This document shows, piece after piece, positions 36,527 through 39,428 of a stretch of DNA of 39,428 nt (position 1 is the stretch's first letter; each line of letters begins with the position of its first letter). The translations under genes were made by a program, and so were the position numbers. This DNA is from Deferribacterales bacterium (GTDB lineage Bacteria; Chrysiogenota; Deferribacteres; Deferribacterales; Geovibrionaceae). The stretch lies in contig JBFWJG010000019.1 in NCBI GenBank assembly GCA_050253335.1, forward strand, positions 1 to 39,428, given 5' to 3'. The notes under the pieces were generated by a model. It did not search any database, was not told the origin of the DNA, and saw only the letters and a program-made list of their open reading frames with translations.

Positions 36527-37566
36527 TTTGAATCATTGCCCTCATAGATAATTTTAGCTTCATTGTAGCTTTTTAAATGCCCTATGTCTGTCCAGTAACC
36601 ATCGAACCTGTAAGGGCTGACAATACCGGAATCATTAATAACCGCTCTGATGAGATCAGGCATATCAAAAAATGAATCCTGGGGAATGTGACGGAGAACT
36701 GTACTTTCCAGAATATAAATACCTGAGCTGACATAGTAATCATATATAGGTTTTTCTCTGATTGAGGAAACTCGGTTTGCAGCGTCAATTTCAACGACGC
36801 CGTAGGGTATGCTGTATTCGTTCTTCTTCACACACACGGTGAGATCATTGCCGCTGTTGATATGGGTGCTCAGCATATCAGAAAAGTCAAGGTTGGTCAT
36901 TATGTCGCCGTTGGCAACATAAAAAGGCATATTCAGACTGTGGCTGATAAGAGCCAGGGAACCGGCAGTGCCCATTCTCTTCTTTTCGTCAACATACTCT
37001 ATGTTTATTCCGAAAGCAGAACCGTTGCCGAAGTATTTCCTCAACTGCTCCGCCAAGTAATTTACTGTTATAAAAAAATTCACAAAGCCGCTTTTCACGA
37101 AACTTTCGATAAGATGTTCAATAATAGGCTTGTCACCTATTTTGAGCATGGGCTTAGGCACTTTTTCCGTCAGTGGGCGAAGTCTTGTTCCAAGCCCTCC
37201 CGCCATAAGAACAACAGGATTATCATTAATAAGAAAGCTGCTATCGTCCAGAGACAGTATTTTTACCATTACCCCGTTTTCATCCACAACGGGAATCTGG
37301 CGTCTGTGGATGCGCTTCAGGTATGCAATGGCGGCTTTTTCAGGCTGGTCAGCTTTCCATATATAAGGGGTTTTATTCAGCAGTTTATCCAGGCTGAAAT
37401 CACCCTGAAGGACGCATCTGCGGATGTCGCCGTCAGTAACAATACCGAGAAGCTTCATGTTTTCGTCAACAGCCGCAGCAAAGCCGTAGCCGCCTCTTTC
37501 CACCGCAGCTACCAAATCCTGATAGGTTGTGTCGCTTTTTATAACGACTATGCAGTCTTTCATCAT
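36523..37566 (-). CDS. CBS-domain sugar-phosphate nucleotidyltransferase (PtmE/LegX/LgaF-like)
   Basis: GIVTDGDIRR CBS pair, MAGGLGTRLRPLT..PKPML, GTAGSL, NGD, IPYGV, W.DIG. Confidence 0.9.
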   Translation of the reverse strand: MMKDCIVVIKSDTTYQDLVAAVERGGYGFAAAVDENMKLLGIVTDGDIRRCVLQGDFSLDKLLNKTPYIWKADQPEKAAIAYLKRIHRRQIPVVDENGVMVKILSLDDSSFLINDNPVVLMAGGLGTRLRPLTEKVPKPMLKIGDKPIIEHLIESFVKSGFVNFFITVNYLAEQLRKYFGNGSAFGINIEYVDEKKRMGTAGSLALISHSLNMPFYVANGDIMTNLDFSDMLSTHINSGNDLTVCVKKNEYSIPYGVVEIDAANRVSSIREKPIYDYYVSSGIYILESTVLRHIPQDSFFDMPDLIRAVINDSGIVSPYRFDGYWTDIGHLKSYNEAKIIYEGNDSK

Positions 37567-38625
37567 TTAGATCAAATCCTCAAAGGAGAACGGATAGTCG
37601 GCCTTGATCATATTTCTGACAGTTCTTCCGGCAACCATAGCTCTGAACTCCGGCGCTATACCTGTTCCGGGGCGTTTATAGTCTATATCACCGGCAGATA
37701 TAATCTCTCCCGGAGCATAATCTCTTTTCAGTATTATACTCCTTTTGAAAGCCTCACGCCTTTCTTCGTTTTCAACGGTTATCACTCTTGAACTGCCAAG
37801 AGCCGTATTGATCCTTGCCGAACCCTCTACTATCTCCTTCAGTTCAGCGTAATCTGCTGAGACTTTATGATCCCAGCCGAACATATCTTTATCCAGAGTG
37901 TAGTGCTTTTCTATTATGCAGGCGCCTTTTGCCACAGCTGCCAGCGGAATGCTCGTTCCTATTGTATGGTCTGAAAATCCCACTGGATAATCTGGAAAAG
38001 CAATTCTGAGCGTATCCATCCTGTTGAGGTTAACATCTTCATCCTTCGGGGGATAAATTGATACACAATGGAGGATTACAATCTCCCTGTTTCCTGCTTC
38101 TTCTATGGTTCTGACAGCTCTGTCAACATCGCTTAAATTACTCATACCGATCGACAAAACCACAGGCTTGCCTTTTGAGGCTATGTATTCGAGAAAAGGG
38201 TAGTTAGTTAGATCCATTGAAGCTACTTTTATAAAAGGAGCCTGCATCTCATTCACCAGAAAATCCACTTCGTTTTTTGAAAAAGGGGTTGAAATACAGT
38301 CCAGACCTGCATTATCGCATAACTTCTTCATATTGAGGAGTTCCTGCTCAGAGATTGAAAATTCCTCAACTATAGCTTCAAGAGAAAAGTCCTCTCTCTG
38401 CCTGTAGTCATCTTTCAGGAAGTAGTTCTCTTCATAAACTTTTCTTGAAAATATAGTTTCTTTTGACCAGCTCTGGAATTTTACACAATCGGCTCCGGCT
38501 TCTTTTGCCTGCATTATCATTGTTTCCGCAAGCTTCATGTCTCCATTATGGTTTGAGCCTAGTTCGGCAATTATGTAGGGTTTGCAAAAGTTACCCACCG
38601 ATTTGTTTTTAGTAAGTCGGATCAT
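37567..38625 (-). CDS. neuB: nonulosonic acid synthase (NeuB family) with SAF domain
   Basis: YIIAELGSNHNGD, GADCVKFQ, STPF, KVASMD, LHCVS.YP, GFSDHT, IEKHYTLDK, KRPGTGI; ATG 38625 after AAGGAG. Confidence 0.92.
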   Translation of the reverse strand: MIRLTKNKSVGNFCKPYIIAELGSNHNGDMKLAETMIMQAKEAGADCVKFQSWSKETIFSRKVYEENYFLKDDYRQREDFSLEAIVEEFSISEQELLNMKKLCDNAGLDCISTPFSKNEVDFLVNEMQAPFIKVASMDLTNYPFLEYIASKGKPVVLSIGMSNLSDVDRAVRTIEEAGNREIVILHCVSIYPPKDEDVNLNRMDTLRIAFPDYPVGFSDHTIGTSIPLAAVAKGACIIEKHYTLDKDMFGWDHKVSADYAELKEIVEGSARINTALGSSRVITVENEERREAFKRSIILKRDYAPGEIISAGDIDYKRPGTGIAPEFRAMVAGRTVRNMIKADYPFSFEDLI

Positions 38626-39428
38626 GCAGTTCTCCTTCAAAATATGCGGCCTCCTCCCACCAGAGGGGAAAAGCCTTATTACAGGGAAATTTTTTCATAT
38701 ATTCCGCTATGAACTGAGGACTCACAGCCTTTTTATTCAGCGTACAGAAAAACTCTGCGGACTTTCTGAACGCAGGATACACCTTTTGAAGCTCTTTGTA
38801 ATGTGCTGCTTTCACTTCGATTGCTTTTTTGACACGCTGTTCAGAAACAACTGAGAAACCTGCAGTATTTGAGCCGTGCTGTCTGTAGCAGGTTGCAAAA
38901 TCTGAGGTGAAAATACAGCTTTTATTCTCTAGCAGCATGACAGAGAAAAGAAACCAGTCCACTGCAATAAGAGAATTATCAAACCTTACGGCGGGGACTG
39001 CAGATGCTCTCACGGCGGTGTTTGACATACCGCAGAAGTTAGAAGTCTCTATATCAGAGAAAATAACCTGTTTACCGTTATCTATTCTTTTTCCCAGATA
39101 GTTTTCAAATATCAGCTTGTTGTTTTCATCCGTGAGATGAACATCGTTTACACACATATCCGCCTCTTCAAGCATGGCTATGCAGCCTTCAATACGGTTA
39201 TTCGTAAAACTGTCATCACTGTCACAGAAAATAATATTTTCATATCCGTTTTCAATAGCTGTATCTATCATTTCATTTCTCAGATAAGCTATTGAACCGC
39301 TACATTTTTTATATTTTATACGAAGCGAGTGATATTGCCTTGTGTATATATCTATTTTATCAGAAACGTCGATTATAATAAGGATATCAAAATCTTTGAC
39401 AGTATGTTCTGAGAGAGATGAAAAAAAA
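38609..39428 (-). CDS. GT2/GT-A-fold glycosyltransferase, 5'-truncated by the window edge
   Basis: Frame stays open from 39271 to the edge (FFSSLSEHTVKDFDILIIID...); DxD motif FCDSDD, DW and YRQH..N. Confidence 0.75.
   Translation of the reverse strand, partial: FFSSLSEHTVKDFDILIIIDVSDKIDIYTRQYHSLRIKYKKCSGSIAYLRNEMIDTAIENGYENIIFCDSDDSFTNNRIEGCIAMLEEADMCVNDVHLTDENNKLIFENYLGKRIDNGKQVIFSDIETSNFCGMSNTAVRASAVPAVRFDNSLIAVDWFLFSVMLLENKSCIFTSDFATCYRQHGSNTAGFSVVSEQRVKKAIEVKAAHYKELQKVYPAFRKSAEFFCTLNKKAVSPQFIAEYMKKFPCNKAFPLWWEEAAYFEGELHDPTY

Noticed and set aside
36862..37791. 309-aa plus-strand ORF
   Set aside because: Antisense shadow of the nucleotidyltransferase and neuB genes

Overview
Bacterial chromosomal window. 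Gene content and protein style suggest an anaerobe of the Deferribacterota or a similar lineage (inference, not tested). Three blocks: (1) 1-13.9 kb is a central-carbon/TCA cluster (acnB, mdh, sucC, sucD, oorD and the start of oorA on the minus strand; divergent fumC and two-subunit class I fumarase). It is interrupted at 7.2-10.7 kb by a phage-like switch (Xis-like HTH divergent from an XRE repressor, four ACA-N9-YGT operator-like boxes) directly upstream of an intact IetS/IteS-like S8 subtilase that has no adjacent AAA+ ATPase partner, followed by a single-domain response regulator. (2) 13.9-18.6 kb holds a membrane protein, two lipoproteins, two tRNA-Ser genes, an RluA-family pseudouridine synthase, a response regulator and a DUF4405-like protein. 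(3) 18.2-39.4 kb is a minus-strand, AT-richer Wzx/Wzy surface-polysaccharide operon running off the right edge, with a nonulosonic-acid pathway (NeuB, PtmE-like, oxidoreductase, cytidylyltransferase, class III aminotransferase, PtmA-like SDR, GNAT) and two nitrilase-fold paralogues. Most notable: the repressor-switch/orphan S8 protease module; a 12-nt anti-RBS that can sequester the sucC start, with an internal promoter between its arms; a shared TGTATWCTGTATACA box at the mdh and acnB promoters; a small lipoprotein packed with D-N-x-S/T sequons; and a possible extra-aminated nonulosonate pathway. All family calls come from motif recognition by eye; no database search was run.
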